A DNA stretch of 64,000 bases, from the NCBI GenBank assembly GCA_013239625.1, contig MU055753.1, forward strand, positions 2,658,702 to 2,722,701, read 5' to 3'. Under the pieces are notes generated by a model. The model searched no databases. It was given only the letters and a program-made list of their open reading frames with translations, and had not been told where the DNA came from. This document shows positions 1 through 12,950 of this stretch, in pieces; position 1 is the first letter of the stretch, and each line of letters opens with the position of its first letter. This DNA is from Lama guanicoe. Taxonomy: Eukaryota. The translations under genes and the position numbers were made by a program.

Positions 1-137
1 AGAAGGGGCTCAGAGACGCAGAAGAGTTGGAGACAGATACTTCCGGAAGGGACCAGAGGCAGAGAATGCCATCAAGAGGCAGGGAAGGTGGTTCTAGGAG
101 AGGCCAGGGTGGTCCCTGTGGGCAGAGCCCGCCATAC

Positions 138-2876
138 CTTCTGGCCAACCTCAGAGCTGAGGCTGCCTGCACGGGGCCAGTCCAGCTTTGGCTCCCAGGG
201 GTCATGAGCAGGCGGCAGCCCTCGCTGAGCCATCTCCTCAGTGCAGGTCAGCTGCCGCCGGCGGAGCTCCTCATCTGTCTCCTTGTCCACCACCAGCAGC
301 CGAGTCTGCCCCTCCACAGCCTTGATCCTCTGCACCACCTGGGACAGGTAGGTGGTGGGAGCAGGTCACGGCCAGCACTCCGGGCAGCATATCACAGTGG
401 TACCACCCAGGGCTGACCCAGGGTGGCAGGCAGGGGCAGGGGTGGGCGGCTGGACCGAGAGGCCCGCTGGCTCCACCCCCCACCCCCAGGCTCTGGCAGC
501 TCCCTCCCTCTTCTCTTGGGGCTCCCGACACCAGGGCCCAGGCTGCAAGGGCTGCCAGGGACTTGCAGGGCCTCGGCTCAGCCCAGGGTCTTCTCCAGGA
601 GGGGCTGGGAAGTGACAAAGACAGTGTCTGCTGTGTGCATCTTTCTGCATCAAGGTCTGTCTCCATCTGGGTTTGAGGGAGAGAGGTGTCTCCCTGAGTC
701 CCAGTCTCAGTGTGTCTGTGCCTACTTCTGTCTTTTCTGGTGGTGAGACGTGGAAATCTAAATCTCTGCCTCTAGGCCTTCTGTTCTCTTTCAGACCATG
801 ATCTTGGACCTATTGCTGCTGGACCTGCAGAGAGAACATCTGGGTTCCTGAGACAAAACACCTACTCAGGTACCCACAAAACACCCAATAAGCCGAATCG
901 AGACCCAGCAGGCAGAGGTAGGGAGGGGCAGATCCACCTGAGGGAGAGGTGTGATTTGCAGGTGTCTGTGAAGTGTCAAGAGCATGCGTATGGCCACGGA
1001 GCATACATGCCAGTGTGTGCCCGCAGGGGAAGGAGCAGTGCCCACTGGGCATTGCAGTAGGAAGGGCAATACCTCAACCCCTACCGGAGCCCTGGGGGAG
1101 GGCAGACAGGATCCCCACCAGTTGCTCAGTAGATGTTGTCAACAAATAGGAGAGTTTGAACCAGACCCATGTTTGCCCCAGCCCTCCTCTGTACCTCCCT
1201 CTCCCCATGACCCATAGAGTCACAGGAGGACCCCAGCACCCTGATGCTTCCTGATTGTGAGACCTAGATGAGTCATCCGGTATCTCCAAGCTTCAATTTC
1301 CTCATCTGTAAAATGGGAGCTGTAACTGAACCTCCTCTCTCCCAGGATAGTGGGAAGGTGTCACATGGTCCCGTGTCTTAAGTTCTTAGAGATTAGCACT
1401 CCAGGAGGCCTGGGGTAAGCATCACCCTTGGGTTAATGATGGCACTGGCTGCTACACAGAGGCCAGGTACTAGGTCTGCCAGGCCCTCCCCATGGCCTAT
1501 CAAGCCAAACTCTCTGGCCCTGACATCCACCCTCCTTCAGCAAACTGCCTTACCCAGCTGACACTGAGTAAAAGAAAGAAGGTTGCTAGACAGATGGATA
1601 TACAAAAGCTCCAAGGGTAGAAGAGTTCAGCTCCCAGCCCAGCCAAGAACCGATTTACTAATCCCTAGGTCCCAGGGCTAGCCACACACTCTCAGGTGCT
1701 GGGGGAACACAGAAGACCGTGAGCTAAACAGGTGGAGGAAGACTGGACCCGAGCCAGGTGAGTCTCAGTAAGAGATGGAGACCCCCGTCAGGGGGTCAGG
1801 GGTCAGAACCTGCAGAGAACCTCCCCCTAGTCTTTATCTACAGCTGCAGGGGGCCAATGGGCTGTGGCGAGTGACCCTGCCAGGCTGCCCAGCAGCCTCC
1901 TATGAGAGGATCATGCTGCCACCACCGGCGACATCCCCCAGGACACAGACACCATCAGACAGGACACACACTAGTATATCGGCCTGCAGACACACTGGCA
2001 ACTACACATAACCAGGTAGGCAGACACACAGGCCTGGCCACATATGCACGCAGCCACAACAAGGAGGGTATGTACACACACACACACACACAGCCCAGCT
2101 CACACACACATCCAGGCACACAGACCTGTCCCCACACATAAATCTAGGGGGTGCAGATCTGTAAACTCACGTGCACACAGTCCAGTACACACACATGCTC
2201 ACTCAATTGATGCAGGCACACACAGGTGTGCCCTTATTGTGACACCCCCCCTCAGGTACACACATGCATGACCCTCAGAGGGACCTGCATATTCACACAT
2301 ATACCCAGTTGTGCACACACCCACAAGTGTACACAGTGACAGAAAAGCACCCGGGGTTCGCATACAAATGGAGACCCCCGAGGTGCCAACTCCTCCACAC
2401 AATGCACTGAGGCCGGAACAAGACTAAAGAGCTAGGGCTGAGAACCAGAAGAGCCGCAGTGCGGGCCCCTCCTTGCCAGGATCTCCTTCCCCATCCGCGC
2501 TGCAGGACCCACCCGGGTGGGGAAGGCTAGGAAGGAGGTCGGCTGCCGGTGCCTCCGTGGCCACGTCTCCCACCTCTCCACGGGAGCCCACGCAGGCCCT
2601 TGTGCGATCCCCTCCTGGCCCCAAGAAGGGAGCTGAGGCCTGGGCGCAGACAGCACGGAGCCCCGGGTGGGCACTGGCACCTTTGGCATTGACGCCGTTG
2701 ACCTCGACCAGCCGGTCTCCGGCGCGCAGTGCGGCCGCCTCGGCCGGGGACCCGGGCTCCACGCGACGGATGAACTGCCCGCGGCGGCCCTTCTCGCCAT
2801 GCAGGTGGAAGCCGTACCCCTGCTCGCCGCGCACCAGGCGGCACAGGCGCGGCCGCAGCGGCTCCGGTGCGGCCAT
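138..2876 (-). CDS. SLC9A3R2: NHERF2 (Na+/H+ exchanger regulatory factor 2), partial: exon 1 from ATG at 2876 (3' end anomalous, expected ~2664) and exon 2 at 338-138; the gene continues off the left edge
   Basis: Exon 1 reads [63 protein letters not shown] (PDZ1, GYGF loop). Exon 2 reads [51 protein letters not shown]..., 201 bp, with cccag acceptor and AAG|gtatgg donor. CpG island over exon 1. Confidence 0.93.
1960..2400. repeat. CA-rich low-complexity tract including (CA)n at ~2074-2110
   Basis: Repeated acacac/cacacat runs in NHERF2 intron 1. Confidence 0.7.
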
Positions 2877-5800
2877 GGCGCCGGCTGCCCACCGGCCGGC
2901 CACGGGCTGGCCACGGCGATCACGCCCGCCACCGGCAGGCAGGGGCGCGAGGGCCGGCGCGGGGGCGGCGCAGAGTTAGCGGTGGCGCTGGGGACCCGGC
3001 GGCAGTCTCGGCGGCTCCGGCTCGGCTCCCGTCGCCTAGGGCTCGGGCTCCGGCTCCAGCTCCGGCTAGGGCTGATCCAGAGAGGCCAGCAGGGAGACTG
3101 CAGGGTCAGGAGACCCCCGAATCACCAAGACCCCTCTGTCTCGCCCCCACAGCCTCCTATGGCTGTGCTGGGCAACCTCCTTAGCGCCAGAGCCTTGCTT
3201 CCTATGCCAGAAACATTTATTGATCACCTACTGTATGCTCCACACCTGTACTAAGGTAGGCTCTTGAGGTGGGAAGGGGGCTGAGAGTTAGCTGAGGGAC
3301 CCCCATATGGAGGCTAGAGGGTAAGAACAAGGGCCATAGCTCTGCCCAAGCTCCATGAGAAGCCCCTCTCCTCCCCCACCCTCCCATTCCCCATTTCTGT
3401 GTCAGGATCCCTCCTGCACCCAGAGCTGCCCTCATTCAGCACAGAGTCCCAGGATGGTCCAGGAGGCAAAAAGAGGAGTTTGAAATTGACCAGGCAGAAG
3501 CCCCGCCCTATATCCTGTAGGCTGGCGACTAAGTGACTTCCTGGCCCTCCCCAGAAGTGTTTATGTCTATCTGTGCTGTGTGTGTCCATTGAACATTCCC
3601 GACTACCATCCCCTCCCTTTTGCCAGGGACCCTTACTCCTGTCCCTGTCCATCCCAGCCTGATGGGTTACTGCAGAGAGCTGGGGGAGCTTGTCTGGCTA
3701 GAAGGGGTCTTTCTACCCTCCTCCTGACCTGGGGTGAGAAGTGCTAATGACTTGGGCCTCTGAGCGCTGGCCCGTGGTCAGCATTCACAGGAACTGTTCC
3801 CTTGAGCAGGCCCCTTTGAGTCTCCCCTCCTCTGCCCCAGCCCTATGTCTACCTCCACCAGTGTTTGTGCCCCTTCCCCCCAACCGATGGAATGTATGCT
3901 TTGTGTGCCTCTCTGAGGACATTTGATCTGGAATAACCCTAGGGGTCTCGGGCCATTTTACAGATCAGGAGACTAAGATCTGGAGAGGAAAGAAACCCAT
4001 ACAAGATTCCCCAGTTCCGCTTGGACCCAAGGTGGTGAGATTCGAAGTCCACACTCTTCAGCTTTTTCAGTTACACATACAGGAAGCTGGCTGAGCTGCA
4101 GGCTCACCTTCAGCCTGCCCCTCCCCAGCTCTGCTCAGCCCCCTGCACATACCTGGTTCCCAGGGGTCAGGCATAGCCAGCCCAGATAGTTCCCCATGAG
4201 GGCAGAAGCACGCTCAGCTCAGTTCTTACTGCTCCTTCTCTCCTCTCTAGTGCCCTTGCCTGGGCTCCTAGCCCCCGCCCAAGCACAGGACCTGCCTCTA
4301 GGCAGCCTCCTGGGCCGCAGCCCCTTGGGTATCCACACCCCAACTTCTCCCCCTAAAATCCACTTAGGCTGAGGCTGCATGGCTGTTCCCCTACCCTACC
4401 TCCGAGTTCCTGGCTGATGCTGCCATAAGCTCCTGCCTGGCTAGCCACCTCCATTTGTCTGTCTGTCCAGAGGCTTGACTGTCTGCCCTGTGACTGCCCT
4501 TACTGGACCAAACCTGGTACTGCTGCCCCAGGAGGCTATGAGGATGGATGTGGACAGTGGGGTCCACCATATACCACCCCAGGTGGGGCTTAGGGGTCAC
4601 CAGGACCACCTAGGACCTGCCAGGCTATAGCTTTAAGGCCACATCAGAGTCAAGGGAGGTGGCTGGATGGGAGACCAAGGGGTAGGAAAGGTAGGGATCC
4701 CTGGTTCCTTGGGTCAGGAGGCTCTGAGACCTCCTCCTTCTGTAAAACAAGTGCTCTCAGATCAGCATTCTGCAGCCCAGGACTCACCCTAAGAATGAAA
4801 ATGGATGGGAACAGAACATGGTGGGGGGGGTAACCAAGAGATGTGGTCACAGCCAGGGGCCAGGAACACCGCATCCCAGAATAACAAAGGAGGCCCCCAA
4901 GCAAAAGAGGAGCGAGGAAGTCCCAAGAAAGGTAAGAAAGTAACAAAGACAACATCTGAATAACAAAGGGGATGAATAGCAAAGGAAGTGAGTAACAGCT
5001 ACAGAATAAAGGCAGCAGTTCCGGGGTGAGTGAGACCTGCAGGTAACAATTGCAAAGGGGGAGAAGGAATGAGTGAGAGAGTAACAGAGATTAGGAAAGG
5101 TGACCAAGCAGCCCTATGGACAGTCTCCCAGGCCTCTTCCTTCAGCCCCACTGTGATGGAGGTGTCAGAGGAGACAGGTAAGGCAGCAAAGTGAAAGGAG
5201 CAGCATGGGCAATGGCCTGGAAGTGTGCGCTGAAAGGTGTTTGGGTTGTAAACTGTTCGGGTCGCTGGGGAGTGGGCTAGGGGAGGTGTGGTGAGGCCAG
5301 CAGCAGGCGGGAAGGCTCTCAGGTCTTAGGGGATCAGAGGTCTGGGTGACTTCCTCATGCTCACTTTCTCACCCTACTCCTGCCATCTTGCTACACCTGA
5401 CAGAAGCAGAGTAGGTATGTCAGACCTCCCAGTCCTTCTCCACCCTGGGTTCACCTGGAGTGGGGTTGCCCTGTGCTCGGGTTTCAGGGAAGGGGCCTCC
5501 TTTGAACCTACCTCCCTGCAGCAGTGCCCCCAGCGGTGGGGCAGAGCCTGGGCCTGGGGTGTAGCTGTGGGCAGAGGTCTTGTCACTACCAGAGGGAGGG
5601 CTGGGGGCCCATCTGGTGGGGGGGGGTGAAGCCATTAATCTGACGCTCGGGTAATGGCCTAGAGCTTCCTGGGCCGGCGCCGCCTCCCTGATGGGCATTA
5701 AGGGCCCCGCGAGATGACCAGGCCTCGCTCACGACCCCTTCCTTCAGACTTTCTCTTGCCTGTCAGAGCCCCAGATTGGAGCAGACGGGACCAGCACGAT

Positions 5801-6007
5801 GGGAAGAGAGGGGAAAACGAGATGAGAGACAAGAGGGAGAGAAAACTGGGGAGGACGAGACAGTTACGGAAGCGCAGGACACCCGCGAAGGCAGAACTCA
5901 CTGGAGGCCTGCCCCGCCCACCCGAGATGGGCCCGCCCACTGCCCGCCCCTAGCCCCTCCCATCGCCGGAGGCGTAGGGAGCGAGTGTAGCCTGGGAGAG
6001 CGGCTTA

Positions 6008-6024
6008 TAGCGCCACCTGCCGGC
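6008..6024 (-). promoter_or_regulatory. CTCF-like motif in a small CpG-rich intergenic island (~5640-6210)
   Basis: Minus strand reads GCCGGCAGGTGGCGCTA, close to the CTCF consensus CCASYAGRKGGCRS; GC boxes nearby. Confidence 0.55.
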
Positions 6025-8072
6025 TCTTTGTGGGATTCCATCGCCCGGGGAGTGGCCCCACGCCCCGCCCTTCTGGCTCTGACTTGTCCAGCCCTGCGGG
6101 ATGGGGATTGGGTCGAGGTCCGCGCCCTCCGGCTGCTAGCGATGCAGAAGCATAGGGGTGCCATAAGGGTGGTAGGCAGAGAAGCCAGGTCTCTCCCGAG
6201 CCCCGAATCGGCTAAGCTGTCTCACCTTGGATCTGCCACCAACCTCTGCACTGGGATATCTTCAGGCAATATGAAATCTAGCCTCTCACCAAGTATTCCA
6301 TCACTTGTGACCAAACATTGGCAGGCCACTTGCCGCCAGCCTGGCGAGCAATGGAGAAACATCAGCGAGACCCACAGAAACAGGGATCTGATACCCTGGC
6401 AAAGGGAGGCCCAGAGCTGGGGCAGCCCCCAGGAGGTGCATTTAACCCAGCCTGGGGCTGGAGTCCTCAGGCAAGGTGGACCATGGGGCTGTTCTGGAAT
6501 CTGCCCAGAGTTTCTCCAGGCTGTGTGGGGAAGGTGAGGGAGCAATGAGGCTGGGAGACAGAGGCCCAGCCCTAGAGCATGGATTTCGTTGCATGGGAGA
6601 TGGGAGCCCTTCAGGTGTTGTGCACTGGGGGGTGACAAGGTCAGGACATCGTGTTTTGAAAGGCCAGGTTTGGTGAGGAGCGGGGGCAGGAGCATCGGAG
6701 AAGTGGGGGAAAGAGTGGGTTGACTTGACTGGTCTGTGACCACCCTTTCCCCCAGTGCAGATCCTTGAGGGTAAATTAATTCTAGGATCCCTAAGAATTG
6801 GAATGGTGACATCAAAAAGACTGCCCACATTAGGGGACCATGTGGGGAGAAAGGTGCACCCAGGAGATGAGAGGAAATTGCCAGTGGGGAGAGGCCTCCA
6901 GAGGGTGTTTCCAGAGGCCAAGGAAGGTCCTGTGGGAGCTGGTTCCACGAGGGCATCCCAAAGCCAGGAGCTAGACAGACCTGGGGCCACCCCTTTTCCT
7001 GTCCTTGCTGGGTGCCCCAAGGGCAGTCTTGCCACATGGCCAAGGAAAGACTCCAAGGGCAAACAGCATCAGGGCACAGTGACCAGGCACTTGGACATTG
7101 AGGACAGTTGTGGGAGTCCAAGCCCACTCTGAAGAGGGTTGAAGGGGGAGCAGAAAGGTGAAGTGGGGCGGGGCAGGAAGGTGTCCCAGGTGGAGGGAGA
7201 TCCTTGCTATTCAAGATGATATAGCACATTGACATGGGGGACTGGAGACAATAACTGGAAATGCAGAAGGGGATAAGTGGTGGAGGGGTCCCTCAGGAGG
7301 CAAGAGCGTATCAGGTGGAGGGGCCCCTTCCTCACTAGGAAGGGAGCGTGGCAGTGAAGAAGGGAACTAGATGGGTTCCACTTTATCAGGAAGGCTTTGG
7401 CTGAGGGGAGGGAGGAATTCCAAGGAGATCCAGGTTTGAAATGACTGCTGGGAGATGGGAGAAAGGCTGGATGGGCTGCTAGCTCTTGCTGTTCCCCTCC
7501 TTGGGGAGGACATTCTCCCCAGTCTGGCCAGGGGGCATAGTGAGGGGCACCCTGTAGGACTCCTGGGAGGCTGGGTGGGAGTTCCAGCCCCACTAGTAGG
7601 GTATGAGCTCCTGCTTTCCTCTTCCTGCACACCTTGGTGAATGGCAGCCGGACCCAGGGTGTGACTTGCCCTCCCCTCGCCGTGGAATACCCCTCCCCTC
7701 CTGTCGGACCCTGGGACCTAGACTGATGATCCCACCCCCTAATGGGAGGTGCAGCACTGGCAGAAAAGGGAGAGGGGACACAGGCCCAAGCAGTGTCTCT
7801 ATCTCTGTCTCCCCTTCTGGCCGGCGAGGACATACAGATCTCGGCTGGGTTAGGGGGAGCGCTTCTGGCCAGCCAGAGGGCTCCTGACATTTGCTAGGAC
7901 GTGGGCGCGGCTGTTTGCGCCCGGAAGCTAGATGACAAAGTACACATCGCGGAGGAAAAGGGTCACACGCGGGGGAGCGAGAACCAGGCGGGTTTTATTG
8001 ACCAGACGGCGGGACTGGAGGCCGAAGAGACTCTGCCTGGGTCAGGCACGGGGGCGCGGGCAGGGGCTGCGA

Positions 8073-8875
8073 TCAGGACGGCCCTGGGTTGAGGCGGGGG
8101 CCGGCGAAGGCAGTTCCCTGCGCAGACTGTGGCTGATCGGGAGACTCTCCGAGAGCTCTAGAAAGAATAGAGCAGGACCGTGGGGAGAGGGTTGTGCGCC
8201 TTCCACTACGCTCCCGCCTCCCGACCCCCCACGCTGGAAGAGTAGAGACTGCGTCAGGAAAGCCTTCCTGGGCTTGAAGTCAGGGATGGAAAGTTCGCAG
8301 GGTGCCCTGTGGGAACGGGGACATGCGTCCTGGGCTCAGATCTTTCAAGATCCCTTCACTCGCTGCTATCCCCTCCCCTTTCCTCTCCCCGCGTACCTGG
8401 CCTGCTCTGCGGAGGTCCAGGAATAGGAGCCCAGCCACGGCTCCCGTTGGGGTGCAGACGCCGGGGCTTGCGAACGGCGAGGGGCACTGACCGGGAGCCC
8501 AGCGCCGGAGCTTCTGCGTCGCACCTCCCACAGTTTCTGAACCCCGGAGGGAAGCAGCAGAGCATCGCGGGCGGCGGGCCCCGGGGAGAGGGTGTTTCTG
8601 GCAGATGGCCCCTGGGGGGGCACGCCCGGGCCTAAAGTGTCCCAGGCAAGGGGTCCGGCAGCGGGCCGTAGCGCGCGCCGCCACATGTAGGGCGAGCGGC
8701 GCAGCCCCATGAGCAAGCCCGCCGCGCGGCCGACGGTGTGGTAGCGGGGACTCGCCACGTGCTTGTACCAGGCGCCCGCGGGCAGCGGAAGCAGCAGCAG
8801 CAACAGCAATGCGAGTAGCAGGAGGCTCGCAGTGGCCCCCCGCCCCGGGCCCCGCACCCCCGTTCCCCTCGCCAG
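8073..8875 (-). CDS. NPW: Neuropeptide W precursor; exon 1 8875-8397 (probable CTG start), exon 2 8157-8073
   Basis: Leu-rich signal peptide, then mature [32 protein letters not shown] (NPW23/NPW30 dibasic sites). Donor AG|gtacgc, acceptor ttctag|A, stop TGA at 8075-8073, AATAAA at 7999-7994, TATA-like ATTTAATA near 9011-9018. Confidence 0.95.
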
Positions 8876-11800
8876 GGTGCTCACGTCGACAGCCGCCCGG
8901 TAGGGCGGACCTGGAACTGGCTTGGCGGGATCCAGGCGCTCAGCGTCGGGAAGCCGGGAAGCCGGAGCGCTGGAGGCTGCAGGCTAGGTGTTGGTCCCGG
9001 CGGGTCCAACTATTAAATGCTCGGTGGCCCCGCCCCTCCTCGCCCCCGCAATACCCGCGGGGCTCCCCAAGGGTGGTAGAGATGGAGGGAGAAGAGGAGC
9101 CCAGCATCCTCCCTGAGTGGGCCTTTAGCTAGAACTCATCTTGATGCTCTACCGGGAGCTCCCTTGCTCCCCTCTCTCAGCCCTCCTCTGCCTCCTCCCC
9201 CCAAGGAGAGGAAGGAACTGCCAGGCACAGGGATCGAGGGACAGGATGCCCCCTTAGCTAGGCTCTTGAAGTGGGCCCCAAGCAGAGCAAAGACAGGGAG
9301 GCTGCCAGAACCATAGGGCCGAAAGACAGGAGAGCTCACTGGTGCCCCACCCCAACTCCCACACTATTTAAGACCCCTCTGTGTATCTCCTCCCCTGAGG
9401 GCTGTTCCTCTTCCTCACCTAACACAGCGCTCAAATCTTCCCCACAGGCCTAGCTTCTCCCCACCAATCCATTTCCCAGCTGCAGCTAGATGGATGCTAG
9501 CAATTGCAAGTTTGGCCACATCAAACCCTCCTTGAGACAGTTAGTGGTTCCCGAAGGCTTCCAGAATAGAGTCAGCCCCTCATGCCCCCAGCCCTAGCCT
9601 GGGCAGAATAAGGCCCTGCAGACCTCCAGCCTCCTCTCTGGTCATGGTCCCCTGAAAACCACTTTCTAGGGCCACTCTCAATTCATTTGCTGTACCCAAT
9701 GACCCAGGAGTTTGCCCACCTCTCAGCTTCTGTGCCTGGGACACAGAATGTACTTCCCTTCCTTCTCCACTTGGCAAACTCCTACTCATCCTTCAGAATC
9801 CTACTTAAATGGCCCTTGTCTGAATAGTCCCCCAGAGTATCCCTCTGGGCCTGCCTGGGCTTAATAGCCCCATCCCAAAGGGCAGAGCCTGACCCATTCT
9901 TGCTTGGGCCCCAGACCAGGGAGGATGCAGCCCTCAAAATAATCTGACCTCACCCCACCCCCTAGCAACCATATCATTTGTGGGGCAGCTTGTAGATCTC
10001 AGACACCAAGGATCCTGAAATATCTTGTTTTGACCTCCAAACACTGCCACAAGGTGGGAGAATTATTGATTCCATCTACCAATGAGCGAACTAAGGCATG
10101 GGGGAAACTAATTTGTTCCAGATCACCTTTTGGGTTAAGCAGTGGGATGACTGGAGTCCCACCTAGCCTCCCCACCCCCAGCCTGAGAGTTCCAGTTTGG
10201 GGACCCCAGCTGTAGTTCTCAATGAAAACCTCCTCTTCCCCTCTGCCCATTTCTTTGGCAAAAAAGAGGGGTGATTCTGGGGGAATGGGGAACACAGTCT
10301 GGGCCTGTGCTTCCTCTTACGTGTCCATGTCAGGAGAGGTGCAGAGGGGCTGTGGGGTGCAGAGGATGGCACCTGCTTCTGAGGCATGAGGGGCATAATA
10401 GGGTCTGGTGACCCCCACTCCCCGGGGGAGGTTTGGAAGCAGCAGCAGCCCTCTCCACAGCCTGGCAGAACCAATGAGAAATGTGCCCTGGAGCCCAGTA
10501 TGAGCATTAAAAAAACCCAGGCTGGCTCTTGACACTGTGCCTGGCACACAGTAAGTGCTCAGTAATGGTGTAGCTACCATCTATGGCTGTTGCTGTTCCA
10601 GTGGCTGCCTAGTCTCCTAGCTGTCAGTGAAAACCGTTTGATGGAGGAGTGATGGTGCAGGGACCCAGCAGAGTGGAGGGAAGCCGCCTGCGCACCTGGA
10701 GGGGCCTGGAGAATCCTCGGGACCAGCAGGCTGTGCTGAAAGCTGACCCCCACCACCACCTCCCCCTACCATGCTCCTCTGGGGCCCCTTGGCTTTGAGA
10801 GCCTGCTGGAGTGTGTGGTGGGTGGGTGGTTCGGCACGATGCAGGCTGCCAGGGTTCCCCTGGTGCTGCCACCTCATCCCTGCTAAGAGGATGCAGGGGA
10901 CTGCTAGCCTGGGCGTGGAGCTTCTGCAGGGAGAACGTCATTGATACAAAAACTGATCAGTTGTGGTCTATGGTATAATGGAGATTTCTGTGGCAGTTAG
11001 AAAATTGAAAAGAACTACCATTAGCAGCGTGAACAAATCTGAAAATGCAGTGTTAAGCAGAGAAAAAAGTGCTCTGCATAAGGACATGTTCAGTATCTGA
11101 AGTTGAAATACCAGTGATCCCTCCGGCTTGTTTATGACTATGGACCAGAGGGAGTGAAACTGTCAGGGTGCAGGTGAAGGATGAAGGCCACATTGGGACA
11201 GAGGAGGGTGGTTGCCTGTCTGGTGTGCAGAAGGCATGTGGGGAGGGGGCCCAGGACGGGGGAAGGGAGCAAAGCACAGAATAGCTTGATGGTCCCTGGG
11301 GCCTCCCAATTTGGAGTGCAGAGGAGAAGGGGCTCTGTGTCCCGCCCAGCCCTGAGCACAGGGACAAAAGTATCCACTAACCAGGAGTCTGGAGTGAAAG
11401 AAAGGTCCATTGCCAGCAGAGGCAGTGACCCTAACAGTCCATGAGAGGTGATTCTTCTTTCTGGGACTCACCTCTCCTTTCATCTACACACAGCCCCTCC
11501 TAGGAATCGTGGCTCTGACTATCTGTACACCATTCTTGGTGACACTGGACCAAGGAGGACACAAGACCTCCAGGGATCAGAACCACCTCGGCTTCATACT
11601 CACGGCCCCCACCCCAGGTACAGAGCCTGGTCCTCAACAGGAACCTCATCCAAATGACCCAGTGATTGAGAAAATCTCCCCATTTTGTAATTTTAAAATT
11701 ATTTTTTTAATCAAGGTCATAGACATTATAAATCAAATGCTAGTATAAGGGAAAAAATAAAGCTATCTCTGTTCCAGCCTTTCACATTCTGCCCTCCAGG

Positions 11801-12075
11801 GGCAACTGCTTCCAACTCCTTCAGATATTTCTCCTAGTATTTGCCTCCCTATTTTGAAATAATAAACTTAACTGCTACTCTAAAATTTGGTGGTCTTTTT
11901 AAGGAGGTATCACACACTTTGAGTAAATGTGCATATCTTAACAATTTGTTACATACGCATTCGCCTATGTTCCCACAGCCCAGATCAAGATAGAAAACAT
12001 TGCAGCTCCCCAGGGGGCTCCCTTTGCCCCCTCCTAACCAGAAGCCCCCAGCGTAACTCATGTATGACCTTAGAT

Positions 12076-12785
12076 CAGCGTTTCTCAACCTCAGTACGGT
12101 TGGCATTTGTGAGGCTGTCCTGGGCACTGTAGGGTATTGAGCAGCATCCTTGGCCTCTAGTCATTTGTGTGGGCAGAAAAATAGCCCCTCCCCAAAGATA
12201 TCTACATTCTAATCCCTGGAACCTGTGAATATTTACTTTACATAGTAAGGGGGAATTACAGTTGCAGAGGAAATGAAGAATGCTAATTGGCTGAATTTAA
12301 CATAAGCCAAATCATCCTGAATTATCCAGGTGGACCTAATGTAATCTCAAGGGTTCTTAAGCATGGAGGAGGGAGGCAGAATCAGAGAAGGAGAGGTGAC
12401 AATGGAAACAGAGGGTGGAGTGACGCACTTTGTAGATGGGAGGAATGGTGGTGAGCCATGGAACACAGGTGCCTCTAGAAGATGGAAAAGTCTAGGAAAT
12501 GGATTCTCCTCTAGAGCCTCCAGGAGGAACGCAGCCCACCTGCACGCTGATTTTATCCCACTGAGACCCATCTTGAACTTCTGAATTCCAGAACTGTGAG
12601 ATAATAAATGTATGTTACTTGAAGCCACTGTGTTTGTGGTAATTTTTTACAGCAGCAATAGGAAACTAATGCACCAGTAAATGCCATTAACACTCCCACC
12701 CAACTGTAACAACCAACCAAAAACGTCTCCAGACTTTACCACACGTCTCCTTGGGGGCAAAATCACCCCCCATTGAGAACCGCTG
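12076..12785 (+). mobile_element. MER20-like hAT DNA transposon, interrupted by an MLT1 LTR
   Basis: Terminal inverted repeats CAGCGTTTCTCAA...TTGAGAACCGCTG; degenerate 8-bp TSD ccttagat/actcagat; internal gggggcaaaatcacccc and agcagcatccttggcctcta motifs typical of MER20. Confidence 0.75.
12166..12673 (+). mobile_element. MaLR solo LTR (MLT1C/D-like)
   Basis: TG...CA ends; ctaatccctggaacctgtgaata at the 5' end; ttctcctctagagcctccag; aataaat...aagccact...tttgtggtaatttt..acagcagcaataggaaactaa at the 3' end. Confidence 0.8.
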
Positions 12786-12833
12786 ACTCAGATTATAAAA
12801 CACCATTCTAAAATTTATCTTTTAAAAAAAGTT

Positions 12834-12950
12834 GGGGAGGGGGGAATTAGGTTCATTTGTTGATTTATTTTTAGAAGAGATACTGAGGATTGAACCCAGG
12901 ACCTCTTGCTTGTTAGGCATGCACTCTACCACTTGAGCTATATCCTCCCC
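12834..12950 (-). mobile_element. tRNA-derived SINE, camelid Vic-1 type
   Basis: Minus strand GGGGAGGATATAGCTCAAGTGGTAGAG...GGTCCTGGGTTCAATCC (A and B boxes) followed by an AAT-rich tail. Confidence 0.8.

Noticed and set aside
6222-7235. 337-aa minus-strand ORF (and overlapping 253-aa and 206-aa ORFs)
   Set aside because: Pro/Ser/Leu-rich, no recognisable domain, no promoter or splice context; expected by chance in GC-rich DNA.
12834-12950. tRNA-like A/B-box sequences as tRNA genes
   Set aside because: Several divergent copies with A-rich tails and no intact cloverleaf; these are SINEs.
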